The position numbers were made by a program, and so were the translations under genes. Under the pieces are notes generated by a model. The model was not told the DNA's origin and did no database searches. It saw nothing but the letters and a program-made list of their open reading frames with translations. Positions 1-9,391 of a stretch of 64,000 nucleotides of DNA are shown in pieces (position 1 is the first letter of the stretch; every line of letters begins with the position of its first letter). Source of the stretch: a candidate division WOR-3 bacterium (lineage in GTDB: Bacteria; Hydrothermota; Tepidihabitantia; Tepidihabitantales; Tepidihabitantaceae); assembly GCA_965649225.1 (NCBI GenBank), contig CBFGJX010000011.1, positions 16,467-80,466 on the forward strand. The letters run 5' to 3'.

Positions 1-1166
1 AGGTTGGCGTTCATGCCCGACGCCGCACCCCAGCTTGCATAGTGATGCAGCCAAGCCGCCGCACCGGTCAGCACCGCCCCGTCATGCGTTACATACCTCA
101 TCCCGATGCCGGCGCAGCAAGCGATGATGACCAGCACCGCCAGCACCGACTCCACCAGCATCGCGCCGTACCCGACAAACAGCGCATCCGGCTCGCGCGC
201 GACCTGCTTGGACGAAGTGCCGGATGAGACCAGCGAATGGAATCCAGATATCGCACCGCAGGCGATGGTTATGAACAGCACCGGCCACAGCGGCGGCGCG
301 CCCGGCACCGCGCTCCGCACCGCCGGCGCGACCAGCGGCAGGTTGCCCGCGAAACCGGCAACCAGCACCCCCAGCGTCATCAGCACCAGCGCCACCGCCA
401 GCTCCCACGCGTTGATGTAATCGCGCGGCTGCAAGAGCGTTGTCACCGGCAACACCGAAGCCGCGAAGGCGTACACCAGTAGAATAACTGTCCACACCCC
501 GGTCGCGGGCATCCCCAGCACCGCCGGCATCACCAGCGGAAACTTCCAGCCGACAAGAATCGTCGCGTACATGAGCAGCACCGCGGCGATGTCAAACAGC
601 AGCAGCTTTTTGGCCAGTTTGCGGCGATACACCAGCCAGCCGAGCGCGACCGCGATCGGAATCTCCATCCACACTGGAATCACCGCCGCCGGGAACCGGT
701 TGAAAATCAGTGCCATCACCAGCCCGAATATCGCAATCACCACCCAAAGAATCAGCAGCACTACCAGAAAGAAAATCGTCCGCACCCGCGGCCCGATCAG
801 CTCCCCGGTGATATCGGCGATCGAGCGACCCTCGCGCCGCAGTGACAGCACCAGCGACCCGAAATCATGCACCCCACCCATTACAATCGAACCCAGAAAC
901 ACCCACAAAAACGCCGGCACCCAGCCCCAGATTACCCCGATTGCCGGTCCGACGATCGGCCCGGTCCCGGCAATCGAAGTGAAGTGGTGACCGAAGATGA
1001 TGATCCGCTTCGTCGGCACAAAATCAACCCCGTCCCGCCGGCTTACCGCCGGCACAACTGCCTGTGGATCGATCCGGAATATCTTTCGCGCCAGAAAACG
1101 GCCGTAGGTATTGTAGGCAACGATGTAGCCGACGAATGCGGCAACCATCAGCATAACTGTACTCAT
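1..1166 (-). CDS. cstA: Carbon starvation protein A family peptide/pyruvate transporter (runs off left edge; not in ORF track)
   Basis: Manual translation from ATG 1166: MSTVMLMVAAFVGYIVAYNTYGRFL...DGVDFVPT...IFGHHFTSIAGTGPIVGP...WGWVPAFLW...GGVHDFGSL...LLQPRDYIN, all CstA signatures. Confidence 0.93.
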   Translation of the reverse strand, partial: MSTVMLMVAAFVGYIVAYNTYGRFLARKIFRIDPQAVVPAVSRRDGVDFVPTKRIIIFGHHFTSIAGTGPIVGPAIGVIWGWVPAFLWVFLGSIVMGGVHDFGSLVLSLRREGRSIADITGELIGPRVRTIFFLVVLLILWVVIAIFGLVMALIFNRFPAAVIPVWMEIPIAVALGWLVYRRKLAKKLLLFDIAAVLLMYATILVGWKFPLVMPAVLGMPATGVWTVILLVYAFAASVLPVTTLLQPRDYINAWELAVALVLMTLGVLVAGFAGNLPLVAPAVRSAVPGAPPLWPVLFITIACGAISGFHSLVSSGTSSKQVAREPDALFVGYGAMLVESVLAVLVIIACCAGIGMRYVTHDGAVLTGAAAWLHHYASWGAASGMNAN

Positions 1167-1200
1167 AACGACCCGCAGTATAAACCCTTTGTCACACCGG

Positions 1201-1935
1201 TCAAGCCGACGGGAGCCGCGCAACTGCCAGCGCCAGCACATCCAGCGTCGCGGCCACGGCAAAGTGCAGCACTGCTCCGGGCAGAAAGGAACGATTGCGC
1301 AGCGCGACAACCCCCAGAACCACCCCAGCGACAATCGAACCCAGCGTTTCCGCCAGTGGCTTCCCGAAATGCAGCACCGCAAACGGAATCAACTGCACGG
1401 CAACCGCTGCCGCCGGGCCCACCCGGCGCTCGAACCCGAACAGCAGATAGCCACGCAGAATGAACTCCCAGCAGAACATCCCCACCAGCCGAACCACCAG
1501 CCCGGCGACAAACACCTTGGCGTCCCACCGGCCGGCAACGAAGTAGGGATAAACCCTTTGAAACCCGGGTTGAAATGCCGCCCACACCAGCGCCGGCAGC
1601 AGCAGCAGAAACAGCAGCCCGGCATCTCTGGCAGCGCAGCCCGGTTTGGGCAGACCGAACCCGACATCCTTCAGTCGCAACCGCAGAACCGGCAAAGACA
1701 GCAGTGGCAGCAGCAGGTACACCAGACTGCGAACCGCATAACCCGCCAGCGGCCGCAACGCCGGCTCAATCCGGCCGAAATCCAGCCGCAGATAGCGGCC
1801 GACGATGAACGCCAGTGCCGCAACCGCCGCAACAACCAGCAGGTCCGGCGCGGCACTGACCACCCGCCGACAGTCGCGATACAGGTCAATCAAATGGCCC
1901 ACAGGCCAGAATAGACCGGGCCGCAGTGTGGTCAA
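1201..1935 (-). CDS. CPBP/CAAX (Abi) family intramembrane metalloprotease
   Basis: WEFILRGYL, FAVLHFGKP and AVLHF motifs in a hydrophobic protein; start uncertain. Confidence 0.85.
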   Translation of the reverse strand: MTTLRPGLFWPVGHLIDLYRDCRRVVSAAPDLLVVAAVAALAFIVGRYLRLDFGRIEPALRPLAGYAVRSLVYLLLPLLSLPVLRLRLKDVGFGLPKPGCAARDAGLLFLLLLPALVWAAFQPGFQRVYPYFVAGRWDAKVFVAGLVVRLVGMFCWEFILRGYLLFGFERRVGPAAAVAVQLIPFAVLHFGKPLAETLGSIVAGVVLGVVALRNRSFLPGAVLHFAVAATLDVLALAVARLPSA

Positions 1936-1967
1936 CGACTACCCGCCGGAGTCTGCTCTCTGCCGTC

Positions 1968-1996
1968 TTGACTTGACCGGCCGGCTGGGGTAGAGT
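1968..1996 (+). promoter_or_regulatory. Sigma70-type promoter for tRNA-Arg/nitroreductase
   Basis: TTGACT (1968-1973) N17 TAGAGT (1991-1996), 9 nt before the tRNA. Confidence 0.7.
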
Positions 1997-2005
1997 CTCG
2001 CCCGT

Positions 2006-2079
2006 GCGCCCGTAGCTCAGATGGATAGAGCGGCAGACTCCGGATCTGCAGGCCACGCGTTCAAATCGCGTCGGGCGCT
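2006..2079 (+). tRNA. tRNA-Arg (anticodon CCG), CCA not encoded
   Basis: Cloverleaf: acceptor GCGCCCG/CGGGCGC, D arm GCTC/GAGC, anticodon arm GCAGA-CTCCGGA-TCTGC, T arm ACGCG-TTCAAAT-CGCGT. Confidence 0.96.
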
Positions 2080-2097
2080 TTCCCGGCAGGAGGTCAG

Positions 2098-2616
2098 ATG
2101 GATTTCTATGACTGTGTCCGTTCCCGACTGAGCATCCGCTCCTACAAACCCGACCCGGTTCCGGAAGCTGCGCTGAACCGCATTCTGGAAGCGGCGCGGC
2201 TGGCACCTTCGGCCAAGAATCTGCAACCCTGGAAGTTTATCGTCGTCAGCGACCCGGCGGTGCGGGCAGCATTGGTCCCTGCCTGTCGCGGCCAGTCTTT
2301 CATCGCCGAAGCACCGCTGGTCATCTGTGGTTGTGCGCTGGAAGCCGAAGCCTGGGCCGGCATGGGTGGCTACTGGCGGTCGGATGTCGTTGACGTTACG
2401 ATTGCGTTCGAACACATTGTGCTGGCCGCCGCCGCGGAAGGGCTGGGCACCTGCTGGATTGGCGCGTTCCTCGAAGAGGAAGTCCGCAAGGTCCTGGCTA
2501 TCCCCGAGGGCGTCAAGCCAGTTGCCCTGACCCCGCTCGGCTACCCGGCGCGCGAGGCGAAACCCCGGCCGCGCAAGCCGCTGGCAGAAATTGTCTGCTG
2601 GAACCGCTACTGCTGA
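2098..2616 (+). CDS. Nitroreductase family protein
   Basis: RLSIRSY, APSAKNLQPWKF, GLGTCWIG motifs; SD AGGAGG 4 nt before ATG. Confidence 0.93.
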   Translation: MDFYDCVRSRLSIRSYKPDPVPEAALNRILEAARLAPSAKNLQPWKFIVVSDPAVRAALVPACRGQSFIAEAPLVICGCALEAEAWAGMGGYWRSDVVDVTIAFEHIVLAAAAEGLGTCWIGAFLEEEVRKVLAIPEGVKPVALTPLGYPAREAKPRPRKPLAEIVCWNRYC

Positions 2617-3053
2617 GGCGGTTCCAGCTCGCGTTCCATTATCAGGGCGTCTTCGCCGTTTTCGTAGTAGCCTTTGCGCACAAACGTCGGCACAAAGCCA
2701 TGCGCGGCATAGAACTGCCGCGCGGCGGCGTTTGAAACCCTGACTTCCAGATAGGCTGTCCGGGCGCCGGCCGTCGCGCCAAACCGCAGCACTTCGTTCA
2801 TCATTGCCCGACCGATGCCGCGCCGCCGGGCCGCCGGCGCCACGGCGAAGTTGGCGATGTGAAGTTCGTCAGCACCCCAGGCAACCGCATAGCCGACTAT
2901 TTCGCCCTGCTCCTCGGCAACCAGACAGATGCCCTGCGGCCGGCCCAGGTCGGCCCGAAAAAACGACCGGCGCCAGGGATTGGGAAAGATCGCCTGCTCC
3001 AGCGCCAGCACCTGGTCGAGGTCGTCTTCGGTCATCCGCCGCAAAGTCACCAC
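2607..3053 (-). CDS. rimI: Ribosomal-protein-alanine N-acetyltransferase (GNAT)
   Basis: ELHIANFAV, RRRGIG, LEVRVSN, RKGYYENGEDALIM motifs. Confidence 0.9.
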   Translation of the reverse strand: MVTLRRMTEDDLDQVLALEQAIFPNPWRRSFFRADLGRPQGICLVAEEQGEIVGYAVAWGADELHIANFAVAPAARRRGIGRAMMNEVLRFGATAGARTAYLEVRVSNAAARQFYAAHGFVPTFVRKGYYENGEDALIMERELEPPQQ

Positions 3054-3082
3054 GCCGTACTATCGGCAGCGCCGGACGCCTG

Positions 3083-4114
3083 TCAAACCGTACGGCCGCC
3101 CGGTCCCTTGCCGGGCCTGCGACCAAGTGATTCCAGCACCCGCAACAGATTGTGGTGGAATGCCTCGGCGGTGTCCGGTGCCGCAGCCTTGCCCGGGTAG
3201 ATTTCGTACAGGGCCCGGTACTGCGGCGGTGTCAGGTTCGGCATCCAGACATTTGCCCCGCGCACCAGTCCCAGCTCGCGCCCCTGCCCGGGGTTCACTG
3301 TCGCCAGCGCCGTCGTCGTCGGGATATTGGCATCCGGACACGCCAGCCGCACCAGCGCCATCACCCGGGTCGTCATCTCGTCGGTTGCCGGAACCTGCTC
3401 CTCGGCAGGCAGTGCCAGTCTTGCCGCAGCACGGCCGAGCGGCGTGTCCGGGTGCGCGAGATATGGCCCGACCCCGACCATCTCCAGTCCAATCTCGCGG
3501 AACAGCAGTATGTCGTCGGCCAGCGACTCGTAGCTCTGGCCGGGAATGCCGACCATCACCCCGGACCCGGTCTCGTACCCCATCGCCTTGATGCGCCGGA
3601 GCAGTTCCAGTCGTGGCATTTCTTCATCGCCGCAAGGCGGATGGATTGCCCGGAACAGCTTCTCGTCCGACGTTTCGTGCTTCAGCAGATAGCGGTCCGC
3701 GCCGGCCGCCCGCCACAGCTCCAGTTCGGCCAACCGGCGTTCGCCCAGGGACAAAGTCACCGCGAGCGGCGTTTCGTCTTTGATGCGCCGCACGACGCGT
3801 TCGACCCAGTCCGCCCTCAAAGCCGGGTCCTCACCGGCCTGCAGCACGACCGTGCCATACCCGAGTCGCTCGGCCAGCCGGACGCACTCCATCACCTCGC
3901 CCTCGCTCAGCCGATAGCGCTCAATCCGCCGGCCGGCCCGAATGCCGCAGTAGTGGCACGCGCGCCGGCAGTAGTTGGAGATTTCTATCAGTCCCCGGAG
4001 ATGGACCTCGTCGCCGACACGCTCGCGCCGCACCCGGTCGGCCTCAAGCCAGAGCACGTCGAGCCGCGAACGGTCGGCCTCTCGCAGCCAGCCGAGAATC
4101 TCCGCTCGCGTCAT
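3083..4114 (-). CDS. hydE: [FeFe]-hydrogenase H-cluster radical SAM maturase HydE
   Basis: LRGLIEISNYCRRACHYCG (CX3CX2C), GANVWMPNLTP, YEIYPGK; ATG 4114 overlaps the hydF stop (ATGA). Confidence 0.93.
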   Translation of the reverse strand: MTRAEILGWLREADRSRLDVLWLEADRVRRERVGDEVHLRGLIEISNYCRRACHYCGIRAGRRIERYRLSEGEVMECVRLAERLGYGTVVLQAGEDPALRADWVERVVRRIKDETPLAVTLSLGERRLAELELWRAAGADRYLLKHETSDEKLFRAIHPPCGDEEMPRLELLRRIKAMGYETGSGVMVGIPGQSYESLADDILLFREIGLEMVGVGPYLAHPDTPLGRAAARLALPAEEQVPATDEMTTRVMALVRLACPDANIPTTTALATVNPGQGRELGLVRGANVWMPNLTPPQYRALYEIYPGKAAAPDTAEAFHHNLLRVLESLGRRPGKGPGGRTV

Positions 4115-5346
4115 TGTGCCTGCCGCGTCTGCCGGTAGGCCTCGAGCGCGGCCGGGAAAGGCTCCAGCGCCCGCTCGAAGATGCCGAGCGACCAGGCTAT
4201 GGCAAGGCCGTAGTTGGTGATTGGTACGCCCTGGGCCCGGCATTGCGCCACGCGGTTGAGCACTGCCCGGCGGTTGGTCATGCACGCCCCGCAGTGAATC
4301 ACGAGGCGGTACTGTGATACATCGGCGGGAAAGTCATGGCCCTGATGGGTGACGAACTCGACCTTGCCGCCGACGTACTGGGTAATCCAGCGCGGGATTT
4401 TGACCCGGCCGATGTCGTCGGCGATTGGATGGTGACTGCAGCTTTCCGCCACCAGCACGCGGTCCCCGGGCTTGAGCCGGTCGATCGCGACCGCGCCCCG
4501 CACCATCTCGACCAGGTCACCCTTGAACCGGGCGAACAGAATCGAAAACGAAGTCAGCTTCACGCCCGGCGGCGTGTCGGCCGAAACCTTGAGAAACGCC
4601 TGCGAGTCGGTCACGACGATGTCCGGTGGCCGGTTGAGCCGCGCGAGCGCATCCGCGAGCTCACGCTCCTTCACAACCAGGCAGTAGCCATCGTTGTCAA
4701 GGATGTCACGGATGGTCTGCACCTGCGGCTGAATCAGCCGGCCGCGCGGCGCTTCCTTGTCAATCGGCACCACCAGCACTGCCATGCCGCCCGGCGGCAC
4801 CAGGTCGCCGATTATCGTCGGCGGGTTCACGAAGTCCTCGGGCGCCGCTTCGATCAGGGCCTGCCTGAGTTCCAGCACGCCAGCGCCGTCGCGTGCGGCC
4901 GTACGCACGGTCCGCACCCCCTCCGCCTGCAGCTTTGCCTCGACGCTGTCCGGCGGCACGGCGACATCGCATTTGTTGAACACCGCGACCACCGGCACGC
5001 CCCGGGCGCGCAGTTCGGCGGCAATGCCCGCTTCGAATCCGCCCCAGCCGGCAGTGTCGGTCACGACAATGCCGACGTCGGTGCGCTCGATAATCCGCTG
5101 GGTTTTTTCCACCCGCATCGCGCCGAGCGCGCCCTCGTCGTCAATACCAGCGGTGTCGATGAACAACACCGGCCCCAGCGGCAGCAGCTCCATCGGCTTC
5201 TCGACCGGGTCGGTTGTCGTGCCCGCCACTTCTGAGACGATTGATACCTGCTGGCGGGTCAGCGCGTTCAACAGCGACGACTTGCCGACGTTGCGCCGGC
5301 CGAAGATGCCGATGTGCAGCCTCAGTGCCTTTGGCGCCGGCCTCAT
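4111..5346 (-). CDS. hydF: [FeFe]-hydrogenase H-cluster maturation GTPase HydF
   Basis: GRRNVGKSS P-loop, DTAG, NKCD, and CSHH...HCGAC Fe-S motif. Confidence 0.96.
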   Translation of the reverse strand: MRPAPKALRLHIGIFGRRNVGKSSLLNALTRQQVSIVSEVAGTTTDPVEKPMELLPLGPVLFIDTAGIDDEGALGAMRVEKTQRIIERTDVGIVVTDTAGWGGFEAGIAAELRARGVPVVAVFNKCDVAVPPDSVEAKLQAEGVRTVRTAARDGAGVLELRQALIEAAPEDFVNPPTIIGDLVPPGGMAVLVVPIDKEAPRGRLIQPQVQTIRDILDNDGYCLVVKERELADALARLNRPPDIVVTDSQAFLKVSADTPPGVKLTSFSILFARFKGDLVEMVRGAVAIDRLKPGDRVLVAESCSHHPIADDIGRVKIPRWITQYVGGKVEFVTHQGHDFPADVSQYRLVIHCGACMTNRRAVLNRVAQCRAQGVPITNYGLAIAWSLGIFERALEPFPAALEAYRQTRQAQ

Positions 5347-6803
5347 CCACCGGTCCCCTGCCGGCCGCCCGGCTCTGGACTCCCCAGCCGGTTGACCGCC
5401 TCCGGCGCCACCAGTTCATCAAACCGCTCCGGTGCCAGCCCGAAAAGTTCCTGGGCCAGGTCGCGCAGCTGCCGACCGGTCCGGGCCGCTTCCTGCACCA
5501 GCCGTTGACAGTTTTCATAACCGAGTTCGCCGACCAGAGCGGTGACGGTGGCAGTGGCGGTTTCGACAAACCGGCGGCAGCGCGCTTCGTTTGCCCGCAG
5601 GCCGGCCACGCAGTTCCGCGCCAGAATCCCGGCGGCGTTGCGCAGCAGGTCGAGTTCGTCGAGCAGGCAGAAGGCAATCAGCGGCAGGAACTGGTTGAGT
5701 TCCAGGTTGCCGCCAGCCGCCGCGGCCGCCAGCACGCCGTCCAGTCCCATCACCAGCAGTGCCGTCTGCGCCACCGCTTCGGGAATCACCGGGTTGACCT
5801 TGCCCGGCATGATCGTCGAGCCGGTCTGGCGTGCGGGCAGCACCAGTTCACCCAGTCCGGCCTCGGGGCCCGACGCCAGCAGCCGCAGGTCGTTGCTGAT
5901 CTTGAAAAGATTGACGGCACAGCTTTTGAGTATTCCCGACACCTCGACAAAGGCATCGCAGTTCTGGGTTGCCTCGACGAGGTTTTCGGCCCGGGCCAGC
6001 GGCAGAGCGGTAATCTCGCGCAGGATATCGGTCGCCCGAAAAATGTAGCGGCGCGGGGCGCCGATGCCGGTGCCGACAGCAGTGCCACCGAGGTTGACCG
6101 TCCGCAGCCTCTCGCTGCTTTTGAATACCCGCCAGCGATCGCGGGCAAAGGCCTCGGCATAGGCCCCCATCTCGCGCCCGAGCGTAATCAGCACTGCATC
6201 CTGCAGCTCGGTGCGGCCGACCTTGACCACACCGGCAAACTCCTGTTCTTTGGCCTGAAAGGCTTCCTGCAGTCCCACCAGCGCGGTCTCGAGTTCGGCC
6301 AGCGCCCACAGCGCCGCCACCCGCAGTGCGGTCGGAAAGGTGTCGTTGGTTGACTGATGCCGGTTGATGTCGTCATAGGGCGACACCCGACGGTAGTCGC
6401 CTTTGCGCCCGCCCAGTATTTCCAGCGCCCGGTTCGCCAGTACCTCGTTGACATTCATGTTGGTTGCCGTGCCGGCCCCGCCCTGAAGTGCGTCCACCAC
6501 TACCTGGTCGTCGAATCGGCCGGCCATCATCTCCCGGCAGGCCTGCTCGATGGCGTCGGCCCGGGCGGCATCGTCACCAAAGACCCCGATCTCACGGTTG
6601 GCGCGGGCGCAGGCGAGCTTGACCGCCCCATAGGCACGCACCAGCCGCGGATGCACCGGTCGGTTGCTGAGGGGAAAGTTTTCCCGGGCCCGGACGGTAT
6701 GAATGCCGTAAAGCGCCGCTGCCGGCACACTGCGTTCGCCCAGCAGGTCCGACTCGGTGCGGTTCTGCTCGGCAGGAAACTCAGAAGCAGAAGTCGCGCT
6801 CAT
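5343..6803 (-). CDS. aspA: Aspartate ammonia-lyase (fumarase/aspartase superfamily)
   Basis: QGGAGT, QSTND, KVGRTELQDA, GSTIMPGKVNP signature; likely start ATG 6803. Confidence 0.9.
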   Translation of the reverse strand: MSATSASEFPAEQNRTESDLLGERSVPAAALYGIHTVRARENFPLSNRPVHPRLVRAYGAVKLACARANREIGVFGDDAARADAIEQACREMMAGRFDDQVVVDALQGGAGTATNMNVNEVLANRALEILGGRKGDYRRVSPYDDINRHQSTNDTFPTALRVAALWALAELETALVGLQEAFQAKEQEFAGVVKVGRTELQDAVLITLGREMGAYAEAFARDRWRVFKSSERLRTVNLGGTAVGTGIGAPRRYIFRATDILREITALPLARAENLVEATQNCDAFVEVSGILKSCAVNLFKISNDLRLLASGPEAGLGELVLPARQTGSTIMPGKVNPVIPEAVAQTALLVMGLDGVLAAAAAGGNLELNQFLPLIAFCLLDELDLLRNAAGILARNCVAGLRANEARCRRFVETATATVTALVGELGYENCQRLVQEAARTGRQLRDLAQELFGLAPERFDELVAPEAVNRLGSPEPGGRQGTGG

Positions 6804-8199
6804 CGGTTGTCCGGATTCGTTCAATCCGCTGCTGCACCTGCTGCCGACGGACAGGGTCGGCAATTGCGGCCAGCTCGCGCTCGATCAGCGCAAAGCCGGC
6901 GGCGCGTGTCTCGGGCCCGGCGTAGTCGACGAGGTACTCGGCCAGAGTGACCAGTGCATTGGGAGTGCAGTAACGCTTGATGAAGCCGGGCCGGGAAAAC
7001 TCCATGAAATGCTCGCCGGTCCGGCCCAGCCGGTAGCACGAAGTACACCAGCTCGGCACAAAGCCATCGGCAATCAGCTCCCCGACAACCGTTTCCAGCG
7101 ACCGGGTGTCCTTGATTTCGAACTGCTCGCGATTGAGCTCCTGGCTGCCGTCGCCGCGACACTCATGGTAGCCGCCGAGCTCAATCCGGGTCCCGGCGTC
7201 AATCTGCGATACGCCGAGCTGCAGCGCCCGCCGCCGGATTTCCGGCCGCTCCCGGGCGGTGAGAATCAGTCCGGTATAAGGGACGGCAAGCCGCAGGACG
7301 GCAATCAGCCGCAGAAAGTCGTCGTCGCTGACAAAGTACCTTCGGTCCAGCTTGACGTTGGCAGCCGGGTTTATCCGTGGAAAGCTGATGGTGTGCGGTC
7401 CGACACCAAACTCGTCTTCAAGGTGAATGGCATGCAGCAGCAGGCCCAGCACCTCAAACCGCCAGTCGTACAGCCCGAACAGCGCACCGATGCCGACATC
7501 GTCCACCCCGGCCTGCATTGCCCGGTCGTGCGCCAGCAGCCGCCAGCGGTAGTCGCCCTTGCGGGTGTTCTGCGGGTGTACCCGGCGGTAGGTTTCGTGG
7601 TGATAGGTTTCCTGAAAGACCTGGTAGGTACCGATGCCAACCGCTTTCATCGTCCGGTAGCCCTCCACATCGAGCGGCGCCGCGTTGATGTTCACCCGCC
7701 GTATCGCGCCCTTGCCGACCCTGGTCGAGTACACGATACGTACCACTCGCGCCATCTCATCGGCTGAATAGTCCGGATGTTCGCCCCAGACCAGTATCAG
7801 CCGCTTGTGGCCCTGTTGTTGCAGCGCGGTCAGCTCGCTGTGCAGTTCGGCATCGGTCAGTGTCTTGCGCACGACATCGCGGTTGGTGGCCTTGAAACCG
7901 CAGTAGATGCAGTCATTGACGCACTTGTCGCCGATATACAGCGGTGCAAACAGCACGATGCGGTTGCCGTACACCGCCTCCTTCAGCTCGCGGGCGGCGG
8001 TGAAAATCTCCTCCCACAGCCCCGAGTCTTCGACTGCCAGCAGCGTCGCCGCTTCCGCCGGTTCCAGCCGGTTCTTGGCCCGGCTTTTGGCCAGAATCTC
8101 GCGCACCCGGCCGGGATCAGGCTTCGTCTCCTGCAGCAGCCTCTGGATTCGGCCGTCGTCAATGAAATCAGTCACGCCCGTGCCGTTGTCTGTTTTCAC
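6781..8199 (-). CDS. hydG: [FeFe]-hydrogenase H-cluster radical SAM maturase HydG
   Basis: FAPLYIGDKCVNDCIYCGF plus C-terminal CTSC-X22-C auxiliary cluster motif that distinguishes HydG from ThiH. Confidence 0.95.
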   Translation of the reverse strand: MKTDNGTGVTDFIDDGRIQRLLQETKPDPGRVREILAKSRAKNRLEPAEAATLLAVEDSGLWEEIFTAARELKEAVYGNRIVLFAPLYIGDKCVNDCIYCGFKATNRDVVRKTLTDAELHSELTALQQQGHKRLILVWGEHPDYSADEMARVVRIVYSTRVGKGAIRRVNINAAPLDVEGYRTMKAVGIGTYQVFQETYHHETYRRVHPQNTRKGDYRWRLLAHDRAMQAGVDDVGIGALFGLYDWRFEVLGLLLHAIHLEDEFGVGPHTISFPRINPAANVKLDRRYFVSDDDFLRLIAVLRLAVPYTGLILTARERPEIRRRALQLGVSQIDAGTRIELGGYHECRGDGSQELNREQFEIKDTRSLETVVGELIADGFVPSWCTSCYRLGRTGEHFMEFSRPGFIKRYCTPNALVTLAEYLVDYAGPETRAAGFALIERELAAIADPVRRQQVQQRIERIRTTDERDFCF

Positions 8200-8504
8200 G
8201 AATCCTCCCCGTTGGTCCGGTCACCGCGCCCGCCGTCTTTCTTGCGCAGTGCCACCTTGACACTCACGCCCGGAATCGAACCGAGCCGGCCGGTCATGGC
8301 CCCGATTTCATCGTTGGTGCCATCGACGATGACCGCAACCACCGACAGATTCCTTTCCCGGTACGGGATACCCATGCGTCCGACAACTATCCGGGCATAA
8401 TCGGACAGCACCGTGTTTACCAGTGGCGCTGCCGCCAGCCGGTTCTCCACAAACACCGCCACAACACCCAGCCGCTGCTCGGCGGTCGACGACGTCTCGC
8501 TCAC
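8196..8504 (-). CDS. TM1266-family iron-only hydrogenase system putative regulator (ACT-like)
   Basis: IVVGRMGIPY...VIVDG...IGAMTGRLGSIPGVSVK; GTG 8504 with SD GAGG; directly upstream of hydG. Confidence 0.85.
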   Translation of the reverse strand: MSETSSTAEQRLGVVAVFVENRLAAAPLVNTVLSDYARIVVGRMGIPYRERNLSVVAVIVDGTNDEIGAMTGRLGSIPGVSVKVALRKKDGGRGDRTNGEDS

Positions 8505-8651
8505 TTTCGTTACCTCTTTCGCTGCTAATTCTGGGAAGCATTCGAGGCCGGAACGCCCCGCCGGACTCAGGCGCCTGCGCGCCCTTGTCCCGGGACCAGG
8601 CTTCCGAACTGGGTCCTTCGGACCGGCCGCTGCCCGTCCGTCAGACAAGAC

Positions 8652-8679
8652 ATTTTAGCTGGCTGACCTCACTGGTCAA
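8652..8679 (-). promoter_or_regulatory. Sigma70-type promoter of the hyd maturation operon
   Basis: Minus strand TTGACC N16 TAAAAT; overlapped by inverted repeat TGACC-N5-GGTCA (8664-8678). Confidence 0.7.
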
Positions 8680-8774
8680 GATGGTTGACTCACATCGTCG
8701 TTCGACCCCAACCCGCCGAGTCGCCCGGACCAGTCCTGCTGTGGACATCGGGCCTCAAGCGGTATAATTCCCCG

Positions 8775-9344
8775 ATGGACTACGCGCTCTATGCGCTGCT
8801 CGGCATCGGCCTGGCCGCGGCCTGCGGGTTCCGCGTGTTCGTGCCGCCGCTCGTGCTGAGCATCGCCACGCTCGCCGGCAAGGTCGAGCTCGCGCCCGGG
8901 TTCGACTGGCTCGGCACCTGGCCCGCGCTGGTTGTCTTCGGCGTGGCGACCCTGCTGGAAATCGCGGCCTACTTCATCCCCTGGCTCGACAATTTGCTCG
9001 ACACCATCGCCACCCCAGCGGCCGTAGTCGCCGGCGTCGTGGTAGCCGCGGCCGTGATGGTCCGGATGCCGCCGCTGGTCCGCTGGCCCCTGGCCATCAT
9101 CGCCGGCGGCGGCATCGCCGGCATTATCCAGGCCGCGACCGTCGCGATACGCGGCGCCTCGACCGCCACTACCGGCGGCGCGGCCAACCCCATAGCCGCG
9201 ACTGCCGAGGCCGGTGGCGCGACCGGAATGTCCTTGCTCAGCCTCTTCGCACCGTTTGTCGCTGGAATCGCCGCGGTCGTGCTTGTCGCGGTCCTGCTGT
9301 CGGTGTTCCTGCGTCTCCGGCGCCGGCGGGCGGCAGCGCGCTGA
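8775..9344 (+). CDS. DUF4126-family membrane protein
   Basis: GIGLAAACGFRVFVP, EIAAYFIPWLDNLLDTIATP motifs; ATG 6 nt after TATAAT. Confidence 0.85.
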   Translation: MDYALYALLGIGLAAACGFRVFVPPLVLSIATLAGKVELAPGFDWLGTWPALVVFGVATLLEIAAYFIPWLDNLLDTIATPAAVVAGVVVAAAVMVRMPPLVRWPLAIIAGGGIAGIIQAATVAIRGASTATTGGAANPIAATAEAGGATGMSLLSLFAPFVAGIAAVVLVAVLLSVFLRLRRRRAAAR

Positions 9345-9391
9345 CGCACCGACCGGCTGATCTGCGAATTGAAGCCGGGGCGCGCGCGACT

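Noticed and set aside
6781..8199. ThiH (thiamine synthesis) call
   Set aside because: C-terminal CX2CX22C extension and hydF/hydE context indicate HydG
8531..8606. tRNA-Sec or known riboswitch in the hyd leader (GGAAG...CTTCC ends)
   Set aside because: No UCA anticodon arm or TTCRA loop, and no TPP/SAM/B12 core motifs; kept only as an unknown structured leader
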